A DNA stretch of 64,000 nt from Lama glama (Eukaryota): assembly GCA_028534125.1 (NCBI GenBank), contig CM052818.1, positions 29,948,001-30,012,000 of the forward strand. The letters are read 5' to 3'. Below are positions 1 through 13,895 of this stretch, piece by piece. The stretch's first letter is position 1. Each line of letters begins with the position of its first letter. A program made the position numbers and the translations under genes. The notes beneath the pieces are model-generated. The model was not told the DNA's origin, ran no database searches, and saw only the letters and a program-made list of their open reading frames with translations.

Positions 1-904
1 CTTAGACATTTCAAAAATTAATCCTATCCAGAGTGTGCAAGACACACAGAATATAACAGAGTCAGAAGGTGAACGTAAATAAACGAATAACCAGGAGAAA
101 AGTATTGATGATAGAAAAACTGTCAATTTCTATCTTTAAAATAGAACTCAAAGAATACCTAGATGAGTAAAGAGATTCTAAACGTCACAGGCATTTGCAC
201 AGAAATCAGAATAGAGCCCTAAAATAGGCACTATTATTATTTTCTTTATTTGTCTTCTGGTTAATTTATGAACAAGATTTTATCCTATGAAGTTATTTTC
301 CTTGTGATAAATGTGTTTTACATTTCAGATTTTTAAAATTATCTCTGAAACACTGATAAACTTTCTGAGTAAGTAGTAAGAGTCTATTTTTGACAATTTA
401 AGCTAGAAAACAGATCAATTTGGAAATATTCTTCTGTATTCTGGGTAAGCTACTTAGTATATTGCCCAATGAACTTATCTCCCCTAAAGAAAAGGCAAAA
501 ATACCCACAAAGGAAAAATCATGAGGAAAACCTGAGAATGGAGGTAAAATGTCAACAAGTTATTGAGTTACCAGAAGGATACTCTTTAAAAAAAGACAAA
601 ACAACAACTATAAAAAACCAAAAACAAATCCTAAAGAATACAGAGTAGCAAGTTACAACCAATTGGGAAAATGAGAAAAGCACTGATAGACAAGGGGTAC
701 TCCCTTTAATGTGAACTAGGTCTACAAGATGAGAAAGGATTATTGTTTCAAATTATACTTATTTACTTTTTATAAAAGTTATGCACCCCACTCTGAGTCC
801 TGTGTTAAATTTATTCTTCTTCCAGAAGGAAGAAAAAAATTAAAGCATGAACCAACAAGTTATATTGACTGGTGTATACATTTACAGAATTTTTTCAATA
901 CATT

Positions 905-1560
905 TAAAAAATGAAGTTTAACATACACAGAAAAGTGCCTAAATTGTATGTGTACAATTGACTGTGTTTTCCCACAGTGAACACACCAAAATAACCTCTA
1001 CTCAGATAAGAAACATAACGTCACCAAGCACACCAGAGGCCTCGCTGCCACTTGTATATTTCTCACCATTAACCCTCCATTAATCCAAAAGTATAACTAT
1101 ACTGACTTCCTTAAGTATAAGTTAGTTTCACTCATTTTTGAACTTTCTATAAATGGAATCATATGGAATGTATTCCTTGTGCCTGGCTTCTTATGCTCTG
1201 TATTATGTTTATGATGTTTGTCAATGTTAATGTGTGAAGGCATTTACTCATCTACGTTGCTGTATTCCATTTTATGAATATCCCTTAATTTGTCCATTTA
1301 TTTTCTTGATGGGCAATTGGACTGTTTCCGTTTTTTGGAAATTATGAATAATGCTATAAACGTTTTCTGCACCCAGTATGTATGTAATTACTACTGAGCA
1401 TATACCAAGGAGTGGAACTGCTGGTCATAAAGCATGTACTTAGTTTATTACTTGCCAAAGGGTTTTCCAAAGAGGCTGTGCCTATTCATATTCCCACCAG
1501 GAAGTAAATCAGAGCTCCAGTTGCATCACATTCTAACTTCTGGTATCAAAAGCCTTTAAA
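905..1560 (-). mobile_element. Old L1M (L1MD/ME-type) 3' fragment
   Basis: Reverse L1 3' text (aacatacacagaaaagtgc..., aaatggaatcat..., gagtggaactgctgg..., ttcccaccag). Confidence 0.75.
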
Positions 1561-1589
1561 CTCTCAAATATGATGAATAGGTAGACAAG

Positions 1590-2065
1590 AGGCAGACAAT
1601 GTAGAGTTTTGCATGTTAGGGTAAGGACTCTGAATTTTCTTCTTCATTTAATGGGAAGTCATTGGAGTGAGATGATCTGATTATGTGGGGAGAATCATTG
1701 AAGAAGGGCAAAAGTGGAAGCAGGGAAACCAGTTAGGAAACTACTTCAACAATTTAGGCAATAGGTCATGGTGGCTTGAAACAGGCTGGCCAGGGTAAAG
1801 ATGTTTCTTTATTACCAAATTTTGATTATGTTTTGAAGGGTGAAGCTGAATTTGTCAACAGATTGAATGTGGTATGTGAGAAAAAAAACAGGTGGTCAGG
1901 GTTTTGGGCTTAGACGATGGTGCTTTTACTGAGAGAAGAAAGGAAGGAAGAATCAAGAGTGCAGTTTGACAGTGCTATGCTTGAGGTGGCTATGATACAT
2001 TCTAGCAGACTTGTCAAGTATTCATACATCTATCTGGATTCATTATTTGAGTCTTCAGGTCATTG
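1590..2065 (-). mobile_element. LINE2 fragment
   Basis: Purine-rich reverse L2 text (gtaaggactctgaatttt...aatgggaagtcattgga...gtggaagcagggaaaccagttagga). Confidence 0.7.
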
Positions 2066-3189
2066 AATAAATTAATTTATGATACAAACAGGAGGAATAT
2101 AAGTTTTTCAAGGGCAGGAACTGAGTTTCATTTATCCTTGAGTTCTGACTACCTTACTGCAGTCTCTGGTAACAGCTGGTATTCAATACAGTTGCAAAAT
2201 GAATTACTTAATATAAATAACCCAGGTTTGAAAAGGTACAAAATATTGTGATAAAGAGTACACAAAAAAATACACATTTGTATTTCCAATAATATTAGGA
2301 AAAGTAATTTCCCATAGCCTTGAATGCAAGCCTCTGGAAAATATCCAACTTTGTTACTCAAAGTGCAAGTTCATTTAGTTAGTTTATAACAGAAGGAAAA
2401 AACGCTGTGTCTACATTCCTTCAGAGTATATTCACCGATGCTACCTCTTGAGGAAGACTTCAGGAATGATGTTACATGGCAGTCATACATACCATATTAA
2501 AGATCAATTTTTTGTCAGATAAATATGCCAATTTTTCCTCTAAAATGTTGAGTTTCTAGCACAACCTAAGGAACTGATGATCAAGAGAAACAATTAGGAA
2601 AGAAAATTGTTTCACAAGAAAGTTAAAATAAGATGTGATGAAGGAATTTGTTATGACAGGTGAAAAATACAACCATATTTTAGGCAGGCTAAGGAGAGAG
2701 AGCTAAGCACAGGGAAGAGTCACACTGCAGGATGTGGTAAAATAAAAGCACTTAACAGTATCAAGGGAGGTTTCAGAAACTAAACCCAACTTTTTCAAAA
2801 AGAAAATGAAATGTCTTTTCTTTAATGTTCACACCCAGATATTAATATAAGGGCAAAGTTTCTATTTGCAAGACGACCAGAAAGTATCTTAACCTCTAAT
2901 AAAAAGAATTACTTTTATAATAACATAACAAGCACATACAGTATGATAGCAGAATGGTAGCTGTAAAAAATAAGGAATAAAATTGTTGCAAAAGAAAGTC
3001 AGATGCCTTCTAGGAAGTAAATGATTTAAAAATTCATCTGTATTCTATTATTACTGATTTTTTATGATTAAAAACGATAATAAAGTTTAATACACCACAG
3101 ATACGCTAAAATAAAGGCAAGCACAATACGAACAAACTATATTCTGTAACATCTTTAATAAACTATTTCAGTAAGTTCATTAAATATAC

Positions 3190-3378
3190 CTCTTTAAAAC
3201 ACGGTGAAGGGTTTCTGATTTGTTCTAGCATTGCCCACTTAACCGTTGCTTGTCGAATGTTCCCATCATATTCTCGAGAACTCTGTGTGCCACTGGGAGT
3301 GCCTCTGGACCGTTCATATCCTGGTTCATTAAAATAAGGCTCAGCTACTAATATAAGGGACTGAACAGACACCAACAC
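3190..3378 (-). CDS. BIRC6: BIRC6 coding exon, end of UBC domain (approx. exon 72); gene continues left of the window
   Basis: ttcctcag|GTG...GAG|gtatat; 189 nt; [27 protein letters not shown]...[10 protein letters not shown]; no stop codon reached. Confidence 0.97.
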
Positions 3379-4429
3379 CTGAGGAACAAATAAAAAAATA
3401 GTTATAATGGGACATTTTTACTTCTAGAGAGTGAATACCTTACCTTGCTTTATCAACCAGGAGTCCCTTTTAAATGTGCTTCCACATATTTTTATCACCA
3501 AAAAAATCTGTTAATAATTATGACATTGAAATACTTTATTATTATTTAATAATGAATAATAAATGTTATTTATTATTAAAGCGAAAAAGTAAAATAGGCA
3601 TAGTAGAATCTTATTGCTAGCTAATATACCAATATAACTAGCTAATAGGGCATCTTTGGAGGCAGGAAAACGTTAGATACATCTGCCCATTTCAGAAACG
3701 AAAAAGAATTAGCAGTAGTTGTATTCTCATTAGAAAGATGATCAAATAATATCAAGTGTATGCATCTTAGAAGTCAAGAGATACATTTTCCTAGGAAATT
3801 TTTTAAATGAGAACTTGAACCTGAAACATAAGACCTAAGAACAGATAAGGTTAAATATAATCAGAAGTAACACGTTACTGAGGCAATGGTCAAGTGTACA
3901 AAAGAAAGTGTTTAAACCTGTATAATTCTGAGGCAAAGATCTCATAATTTTTAAACTTCCTGAAACTAAATATATCACTGAAGGAAAGGAATTTTCCTTA
4001 GCTACATACTTTCCCCTAACTCAAACCTGACTCTTCTGAAATAACACTCCAGGATCTATTTATTAGTTCCTTTCCTCTTCCCTTTTAAATAATCTTCCTC
4101 TTAATTCTTCCCTATGGAAATACGGCCCTGAGGGGGAGCTAAACAGTTTTTAAGATGGATACCTAGTAACCTACAGAGCTGGAATTTGTCATTTACCATT
4201 ATGTTTGTTTGCTCTTCATTTTTGTCCCCTCTTTGGTTTCCCCCAACTCATAAGGCAGCTCCTTTACTGAACACAGTTCTGAGTAGTTTGCTGGGGGTTG
4301 TACCAGCTCTGCCAATGACCCTGGCATGAAATCTGGGACTTGTGAAGACCACTAATGAAGTCCCCGCATTCCTTCCATAGCCTCCTGACTCATACACACT
4401 GGCTGGCTGCAAGCTGAGCCCACATGGGC

Positions 4430-4600
4430 AGTATAGCATCTTGGCTTCAGAAGCCTGGTTCTGCCACTGACTAGCATGTGGCCTTGGGCAAATGTCCTAA
4501 CTGCTCTAGACTCAGCTTCCTCATCTGTACAATGGATTCAATATATCCATAATGTCTTATGATTGTCATGAGGATTAAATGAAAATGCATGTGAATAAAG
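4430..4600 (+). mobile_element. MIR SINE
   Basis: MIR core: ctgccactgactagcatgtggccttgggcaa...ctcagcttcctcatctgtacaatgg...gaggattaaatga. Confidence 0.85.
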
Positions 4601-5909
4601 AGTATATAACGTAGGGATTCAGAAAAAAAAAACAATCTTCCTCTTAAGCGAGTAGGGTATATCCTGATTTTCTACAAAAGCAGAAAAAGAAATTAAACTA
4701 AAAACTTAACCACAAATTAGTAACACAGGATTCAGTTACTTATTTAGCCTCACATCCTTTGACACAAAATACTGTTTTATAAATCTCAGGCAGTGGTAGG
4801 TTCAAACTTATGAATTACTTCAGACTCACATGGTGCATTTGGTTTAAAATAGTTGAACCAAATAAAATGAAGAATAGATGCTTTGTATACAGAACAAAGA
4901 AAACTACATTTGAGAAATGACTTGGAGCCCTAGCTACTTTGCATGAATCATGTAACCTCTTTTTTTCTTGATCTCCATACTAACAAAAAGGAAAAACTTA
5001 TAGCACTATTTCTTTAATTCATGAGGGTGCTGCAAGGTCTTTTCATATACTCTAAGAAAGTCACATCCTAAAGAATGATTTTTCATATTTTCTTTTCCCT
5101 AATTCTAAATAATAATGTAGGAAAAGAATCCTTTCAGGGTAGGTCAACTTTAACAGGCTTACCCAGGGGTAATTTATGGTGATCTTTTTAAAGTAAACAC
5201 TGTAAATGTGAGTTTACACTATTATGCAGCAACAGTGTCTTGTTTCTGTTTCTTCAGTGAACAAATAAGTTAACTCATTATTAATATACTTACTAGTCCA
5301 CCTCTTCACTGGGATTCTGAAGTATTAATATAAAGCATCAGCAAAAAAATTTGATGGGATAGTATACATATTTTATGTGGAAATTAACTTATAAAATTCA
5401 AGACTATGTAATGTGAGTGTCAAATGCTCTGCGAAATAAGAACTACAAATCCCAAGTTTTATGAATGCCAGGAAAATATTTCTAAGCCTCAGATGAATCC
5501 CATTACTAACTAGATTATAGAAGAACCGTATCATGTGTGGAGAGATATGTAATACTAATAGTGTGTTAAATTCTACTCAGCTGAGTTTGAGCCCTATAGT
5601 GACTGGGAGATGGGAGAGGGTAATCTGCCTTGTCTAATATTATTGTACCAGAGAGTACTTTAAGGGCGAGTTAGGGATTTATTAAAAGCCAATTCTGACA
5701 AAAAGAAATTTTTGTTTTGTGCCCTAACTTAACATTCTAAATTCCAAATCTGATGCTCACCTATAATTTATTTAATATGTACTTCCTATCAATCTAGCTT
5801 TTATTTTTTGTGGTTTACTATGTTTATTCTTGGTCACTAAAAACTTTTTTTTCTTAAACATAGATGGTTCTTTATTTTCTAAGTAAAACTGTCAGAGAAA
5901 TTTGTTTAC

Positions 5910-5987
5910 TTGCAAAAAGCTTGAGGTCTGAGGATTCCACTTCTCTTCTGGTCTTCCATGCCATGTATTTAAGATGCTTAAACAAAC
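5910..5987 (-). CDS. BIRC6: BIRC6 coding exon carrying the UBC catalytic cysteine (approx. exon 71)
   Basis: ttcctcag|GTT...CAA|gtaaac; 78 nt; [26 protein letters not shown]; Cys codon at 5982-5984. Confidence 0.96.
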
Positions 5988-6199
5988 CTGAGGAAGAAGG
6001 GGAAGAAGTATACACAGAATTGAAAGAAGTGGTTTTTAAAAGTAAACTACCACAACTAGAAATAAAATTGAAATACTATTATGTCAAAGTCGCTCAGTTT
6101 TACATCCCCAAACAAAACCCTAAGGGTTGGTCTGTTAAAACAAATTGGCATCTTCAAATATGATCTAAATCTGTGTGGCATTACAATTTCTTCATAATG

Positions 6200-6545
6200 A
6201 AAAATGAATTTGCAGCTACTACACATTAATAATAGTAACACTTTTAATGAAAAATAACTTTTTCAAACCAAAAAAAATAATTTGGTGAGGAAAAGTGGTA
6301 CTATTTTACATTTAAGAAAATCTCTTTTGAAATTTTATAAATTTTGAAAATACGATATAGCTTAACAAAAGAGATCTTGATTTCATATCTGCCTCTACAT
6401 TCAATTTGTTGTAATATATTGTTCCGGTTGAAATATATGAATAAAATCTGGCCTCACACAAACATTAAGCTGAAAAGGGTCACAGATGCCCTGAAAGGGT
6501 CCTGAGGATCACCAGAGTCTCTCAGAACAAATTTTAAGACACATT
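6200..6545 (-). mobile_element. hAT-Charlie (Charlie1-like) internally deleted DNA transposon
   Basis: Reverse strand reads gaccctttcaggg...gtgtgaggccagattttattcatatatttcaacc...ttgaatgtagaggcagatatga, resembling recalled Charlie1 consensus. Confidence 0.65.
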
Positions 6546-7346
6546 AGATAGTTATTCACTCAGACAGCAAGAATGAACTTAAAGCATCTTCCAAACACAG
6601 GTTAACAGTCACTATAGGAATAAGAGAACCAGGGACATTTTATCTGTCCTTGTAAACTAACAATGTCATGTAATGGGTAACATATGAAAAACAAGCAGTC
6701 CTTAAAAAGCAGGGAAGTCCATTTCCTTGATATTCTTTTAATGCTCTGTGAAAAACATAATGCAAAATATGTCAATTTGTTAAACAGATAAATTTATTAT
6801 TAATTTTAGAAGACTTGCATCTGAACAGCTTTGTGAACTATCTATTTAAAGTACTGACAGACATACCAGCCCACCTGATTTTTCTAGTATCTCTGTGACT
6901 ACCAATGGCAGGGGTCTTATTCCTATCTACAGCTCTAGAACCCAAGGTTAAATGTTAGTCCCCATTGTGTAACAGAATACAAACTATACAATTCAGGACA
7001 CTGGAGTTTCAAGCTCCCAATCTTTCCCCTATACCATTAAGTCTTAAGGGAGTCATTTCTTAAATACATTTTAACATTTACACTTAAACTCTATTTAAGT
7101 TCTAGTCTCTCTTTTGAATAAAGCCTATCAACATGGCTATTTTGTCCTCTCTGCTCAGATATAAAAGACCTGTCCTTTGTTCCCTCAAAGGAAGTAAGGT
7201 CTACCTCTGGTGAAATCTGCAATAAACCCAGAAAATGAATTCCAATTTTGTGATCTGAGCTTATGATAAAGACAAAATGATAATCTGTAAGCACAAATCT
7301 GACGCAGGCTGTACCTTTTAAAAATAAAAAATCTTAGGCCATCTTT

Positions 7347-8818
7347 TTTCTTTTATTTATTCTATTTATTTATTTATTATTCATTTTCTTATTTTTTCAA
7401 TAAAGGTTATTACAAAATATTGACTATAGTTCCCTGTGCTCTACAGAAGAAAACTGTTTTCTATCTCTTTTTATATACAGTGGTTAAAATATGCAAATCT
7501 CAAACTCTCAAATTTATCCTTTCCCATCCCCTTTACCCCGTACTACAGTGCTGTTTACTATGTCTTCTAGTCTGTTTCTGTTTTGTAGATGAGTTCATTA
7601 GTGTCCTCTTCTCTTTTTTAAGATTCCACATATATGTGGTATCATACGGTTTTTTTTTTAATTTCTTTTTTTTTTCCAATTGAAGTATATAGTCAGTTGC
7701 AGTATGTCAATTTCTGGTGTACAGCATAATGTCCCAATCATGCATCTTTCTGGCTTACTTCATTTAGAATGATGATCTTCGGGTCCATCCATGTGGCTGC
7801 AAATGGTATTATTTTATTCTTTTTTATCACTTAGTAGTATTCCATTGTGCAAATATACCACAACTTCTTTATCTAGTCATCTGTCGATGGACATTTAGGT
7901 TGCTTCCATGTCTTGGCTACTGTATACAGTGCTGCTATCAACACTGGGGTGCATGCATCTTTTCAAAGGAAGAGTTTTCTCCAGATATATGCCCAGGAGT
8001 GAGACTGCTGGATCATAGGGTAAGTTTATTTTTAGTTTTTTGAGGAATCTCCATACTGTTTTCCATAATGGCTGCACCAAACTATATTCCCACCAGCAGT
8101 GTGGAAGGGTTCCCTTCTCTCCACAGCCTCTCCAGCATTTATTGCTTGTGGACTTTTTAATGGTAGACATTCTGACTGGTGTGCAGTCATACCTCACTGT
8201 ACTTTTGATTTGTGTTTCTCTGTTAATTAGTGATATTGAGCATTTTTTCATGTGCCTGTTGGTCATTTGTATGTTTTCTTTGGAGAATTGCTTGTTTAGG
8301 TGTTCTGCCCATTTGTGGACTGGGTTTTTTCTTGTTGTTGTTGTTATTAAGTTGTATGAACTGTTTACATATTCTGGAAATTAAGCTTCCATCAGTCACA
8401 TCATTTTCAAGTATTTTGCTTATGGTTTCCTTAGCTGTGCAAATGCTTGTAAGTTTACTTAGGTCCTGTTTGTTTATTTTTACTTTTATTTTTACTGCCT
8501 GGGTAGACTGCCTAAGGAGAACATTGCTAAGATTTATGTCAGAAAATGTCTTGCCTATGTTTTTCTATAGGAGGTTTATAGTGTCTTATCTTATATTTAA
8601 GTCTTTAAGCCATTTTGAGTTTATTTTTGTGTATGGAATGTATCGCACTGATTTAAATGCGGCTGTGCAGTTTTCCCCACACTACTTGCTGAAGAGACTG
8701 TCTTTTCTCCATTGTATATTCTTGCCTCCTTTGTTGAAGATTACTTGACCATAGGCCTACGAGTTTATTTCTGGGCTCTCTATTCTGTTCCACTGATCCA
8801 TATGACTGTTTTTGTGAA
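7347..8818 (-). mobile_element. 5'-truncated lineage-specific L1 (ORF2 C-terminus plus 3'UTR) with TSD
   Basis: ORF 7895-8266 is the L1 ORF2 Cys-rich end ([17 protein letters not shown]...[14 protein letters not shown]); T-rich tail at left; TSD ctt(a/g)ggccatcttt at 7333-7346 and 8819-8832. Confidence 0.92.
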
Positions 8819-9568
8819 CTTGGGCCATCTTTAATGAACCAGATCAACTTAAAGTATCTGTTATTCTCACATGATCAAAGAAGTGTCTGTTTATGAAGTC
8901 TGGAAATTTCTTTTGAGTGTCAAGTGATTTTTAACACTGAATACACTCAGCAGGGAATTTACTGTTGAAAGTTAATCAAACTGTCCAAAATTACTCTGAA
9001 AAGTGATGATTATTCTTTTAAGTCTAATTTTGAAAGGTTTATTGTCATATGAAATGATTTTTATTCTACCTCTCTGTCAACTTTTTTTGAGGGGCTAGGA
9101 ATGCATCTTTCTATTTATAAAAAATATTAAAACACTTTAACACAAATTAAACTTTTAAAATAAGTTCACAATGGTATGTATCATGGAAAACATGGATAGT
9201 ATCTTCAGGCACTTGTGAAAAGATAACTGGAACTGGAGATGTTTGAAGTAAAGAAAAGTGAGAGGCACAGACAGACAATTTGGCTCTGTTTTCTGGGTGG
9301 AGATGGCTCTCAATTGGCCAAGGAATATGTAAGTTATTCCCTCAAAATAACATCTTAAGAGTACTTCTTAACACTGTTCTGTTTCTGCCCTTTTTGATTC
9401 CTTCGCTCTCATTCCTCAAGCTGATCTTTGCATATAGGGAAAAGAAACATGAAAAAACTCATGTACTCTTGAAAAGAAGATAACTAAAACAAAATTTCTA
9501 TTCAAATTACAAAGAACCTTTGGTTACAATACTTCGGCATTAGAAATAAAAGACTGCAATTACATTAC

Positions 9569-9730
9569 CTTGCCATCATTATAAAGGTTTGGATTGAATC
9601 GCACACTATGACCACCAGTTGTCTCTAGATTCACAAGAGGGGGCGAACTGGGATAATCTTGAGGAAAATATACATCAAACTCAAAGCAGCCATTTGCGTA
9701 AGGAGTATCCGCTGGACCAGTTATCAGAAC
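9569..9730 (-). CDS. BIRC6: BIRC6 coding exon, UBC domain (approx. exon 70)
   Basis: atactag|GTT...AAG|gtaatg; 162 nt; [54 protein letters not shown] (E2 fold motifs GPxxTPY, FPxxYP, NPN). Confidence 0.97.
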
Positions 9731-11336
9731 CTAGTATGCATATACAAACAGAAAAGCCTATGTTACTATTCCTAAACACCGCTACTCAGAAAAACAATTC
9801 AATGTGAAATGAGAGCAATCTTCTTACATCCTGTATACATCTCTACCAGAAGCTGTTAAATATGAAGTTAAAAATTAAACACACACAGGACTAGGAAATG
9901 GTTTTAGGTTAAGATTTAAAGTGACTTGCTTTTGGTAAAAATGGTCTTTTGAAAGAGAGATGCCTGACTGGCGGCAGGAAAGCTTACTTTAACAGCATTT
10001 ACCTTTTAACATATTAAGTTACTTCCTCCTAAGAGCTTTCCTGCACAATCTCAACCATATTTTCAACAATTTTAAATTCCTGGTACATTCATTATCATAT
10101 CTCAAAGGTATGAGAGTAATTTTCTGCTTTAAATCTTCAGATAAGTTAATGTTTTAAGAAATAGATTACTTTTAACGATTTTTTTCTGGGAAAATGAAAC
10201 AAGCAAACAGGAAAAAAAGTTCTCATCTAACAACTTACTATAGAAAAGGTTATGAGAACAGTAGGTGTTTCCCTTAGGGTTATTGGTAGTCTAAAAAAAT
10301 AGCACAGAACCCAACAGTCTGAGTAACTGTCAGTATTACTTAAGGAATTTTGTTTTAGTCAATCAACAGACAATAAGCACACAAGGCACGAGGCAGCAAA
10401 GCCTCTGGTCCTGAAGAGTTACGTGTGGAGGCACGTGGTACTAGATAGAGCCTCAGTCGATGACAACTTTGCTTTGTATTTTGGGGCTCCAACGTGGAAT
10501 CCTTCATATTAGGTACAGCATAGTGCTTAGCAGACACAAAATCACAAGTCTGAACTTATGTGGTCCATTTAGTGATAAAAGACTTTCCTAGGCAATCATC
10601 TAATAATTGGCTCTTTAGTAAGAGTCTGGTCAAATAGGCAAGGCCTATGAAATTTCCTCTGAAAAATTATCCAAAAAAGCAAAGAAACAAAAAACTGCCG
10701 TCAAATCAGTGGGTCAATAATTTTGGCTGTGTAGCTAAGGAAGACAGACTATTGAATCTATGAAGTGAATCATGTAAAGTTCCTCCCTCCCCAGGTGTCA
10801 AATCTTTAAAATATTTCTTGATGCAGCAATCTCTTGGAATTTAAAGCCAGATTACCACAGTGTTAAAACATAAAGGTACAGATTGTTTATTTATTGTACT
10901 ACTATTACTTAATTCATAGAGCATATGGATTTTGAAATACATAAATTTCCTAGGGGAAAAAAAAGAAAAATTTTGAAAACTGATAGTATAAAACATGAGA
11001 GAAGAATCCTGGATTATAAGGAAGAAATCTTATAAATTTTTTTATATTGACCAGCATTAAATCCTTTGATACTATGTTTTAAAATTATGATAGGCTGCAT
11101 ACAACCTTTGTTTAGGAAAGGTCTTTTGGTATTTTCTTCTAAATCTTTATTCTGAATGGTATTCTTATCCACATACTCTCAACTAACATTAGAAAAGGAT
11201 TCCTTAAACTGATATGCAAAATGGTCAACAGAATTTTTATTAAATTTATTAAAATTCATGCTATTTCTAGTGCTTTGTATGAATATTTGAATAATAGGAT
11301 TAGCCAGCAAAACAGGAAAAAGGTTGTTTTCTCTAC

Positions 11337-11554
11337 CTTCATGATGTCAAGTCGCTCCTCATCACAGCGTACAAACACGCTAGAGGACGATGAAAGAGGC
11401 AGTGAGGTTGACAGTGTCACAGCTTCCTGGGCAAGGCGGCGGGCTCTGGCAGCACTGTTAGCATCATTTGCATTTTTCACCTGAGACATGTAGTGGTAGT
11501 TTACTTTAAAACCCAACTTCCCATCTTCATCTTCAGAAACCATCTCAAATGTAT
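11337..11554 (-). CDS. BIRC6: BIRC6 coding exon, start of UBC region (approx. exon 69)
   Basis: ttctgttag|AT...AAG|gtagag; 218 nt; DTFEMVSEDEDGKLGF...ARARRLAQEAVTLSTSLPLSSSSSVFVRCDEERLDIMK. Confidence 0.97.
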
Positions 11555-12799
11555 CTAACAGAAGAAAAAGAAAAGAAAAAAACATACTGAAGAAAAAAAA
11601 AGAACCAGAATGGAGCACAGCTGTTATAATAACAAAAATCACACATAAATCACAGCCCTTCCTCCACCCACAATGGAGAGGACTGCAACGTGGAAGAAGA
11701 GCTGTGTTTATGTAGTACCAACCTATAGATACTGACACTGCTAGATGGATGGAATATGTCACAGATGCAGAAGAAGAAATGATTTTTAATTTACAGTTTG
11801 GACAAGCAGATAGGTTATATTATATCAAGTATTTAAATAACAATGCAAAGTAGTAGATAACTTATTCTTAAAATGAGTAGAATACAATATTTTTGCCAAA
11901 ATAATTACAGAATATGAAATACCAAAAAGTATTTCATTATATTTCATTTTTAAGAAGAGAGGAAGTCTTCATAAATTTGCACTAATTTGGAATCAGAAAT
12001 CAGAAATGACAGGCTGAAATTTACTTTTCCATTACTTTAAAAATTTAAATTACTAGGATAAAAGATTATCAGGGCAATCTAAGTACTTTGACAGAATATA
12101 AGTAACGGGCTAATTCTTAACCATTTACCTAGGCATGTTTGGAAGGACTTAAGAGTTACTTTTATAAAAGCTACGTCCAAATATAATAGAAAGAAAAAGT
12201 GGATTTGAATTATACCAATGGATTAAAACAAGGATATTTAAACAACTTGTACCACTAAATTAAAATCACCTATTAGAGCAAATAGAAAAGAAACAATGGT
12301 ACCTTTGATCTTGTGCTTGTGTAATTCTTAATATATGGAAAAACATTAACACTACATTATAATTATCATTAATGCAGTAAATTTTACCAATAGCTAAGTG
12401 CACTTACTTAGGCTAGGCTGTTTGGGTTAAATAATAAATAGGAATATATATCTACCTTCAGGAAGCTTATAATCTAGAAAAAAGGGGAAGACCTATAACA
12501 GTGTCATGGATCTATGCACTACAAATATACTGGGTCTCAGAAGACTACTGACTAGTTTCTATCAGTAAACTTGTAAACTGGAGTAATTTCACTCACCCAA
12601 CTCTGCTGTCTTTCAAAAGCTTAATACAGGGGTAAATTTCCTTTGAGTTTTATAAACAGCAATCCACCAGACACAAACATGAGCTTATTTCCATGCCTGG
12701 AGGAAGTTTTTATATCTTTTATTTATAAGAGAACAGGGTCCTCTAATGCCAAAATTTTACTGAAATATTCAAAGATAATGGCTAGTCTGTGAAACATAA

Positions 12800-13030
12800 A
12801 TCGTGTTTGACTCAGCAATTCCTCTTCTATTAACTTGTCCTAAGGAAATAATCCTGGATATGTACAAATATTTATATGCAATGATGGTCACTGAGATGCT
12901 GAAGATGTTACTTAAAAATGAAAACAACCTAAATGTCTAATTATTGTTTAAACAAATGACAGTACATTATATGAGAATATTAGGCAGTCAATAAAGTTGC
13001 AGAAGAATTGTCATATTAGAAACTACTAGA
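12800..13030 (+). mobile_element. Old L1ME-type fragment
   Basis: tttgactcagcaattcctcttcta...tcctaaggaaataatc...aaacaacctaaatgtc. Confidence 0.6.
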
Positions 13031-13895
13031 TATATAAGGTAGAAAATGGAGTTTACTAAAGAACTCAACAGAAAGCTTGTATTTTTCCTAGATTATTTAA
13101 AAAGCCAAGGGATAGCAAAACTCAATTACTTTTAAAGTCACATCCAACTTGTTGAGTTTAAGATTTTAAGTGCTGTAAGAGAAGCCTCCTGGCTGGCTAA
13201 CGTTCATCTGGTTTATGACTTTGACTGTATGACAAAAATCTATGCTTTTTTGACTCCTACTTTAACATAGTCAACGTCCTTTGGGATAGTTCTCAAGCAT
13301 AGAAAAGAGGCACATGCAATAATAGTTAATGATGGTCATCAAAATTCGGAATTCTAGTGTTTACTTGCTGACTAACACCTTATGAGTGGTGCTGGTATGA
13401 TCTTTTAATCAGTCCTTACTTGTCAAGAGTTTTAGAATAGAAAAGGCTACAAGTGAACTACATGTAACTACATTTTCCAAAGGTAAATCTCAGAATTCTA
13501 AAATGGTAAGAGTAACAGACTTGAGTGTAAAGTCCCAGGTCTTGGCTTCCTTCAGACCAGTATATACAGAAATGGAGAGTTAAAGAAAGAAAAGATTTTC
13601 TTCTTTCTGCCTGTCAGATATTTGGCTTTGTTTTTTCCCCCCCTAGATTTATACTGAATCATGATTTCTAAACATTAACTATAAATAGAGATAGAAATTC
13701 AGAGATAGATGATAAAACTTTTCATGTGGGTGTGTATATATATACACACATACATTTATATGTATATAGAGAATATGAATAATTCATGGTAAAAGCAAGT
13801 TTTAAATTCTTTAATTTTACTAGCCACATTTCAATAATACTATTAAACAATGTGAAATGAAATCGGAAGAAATGAAGATTACAATTTCAACTTAC

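Noticed and set aside
1..3189. Final BIRC6 exons and stop codon
   Set aside because: The expected next coding sequence (VIHKHFYLKR...) was not found; it presumably lies left of the window
8040..8748. 114-aa and 172-aa plus-strand ORFs
   Set aside because: Antisense readings of the L1 fragment
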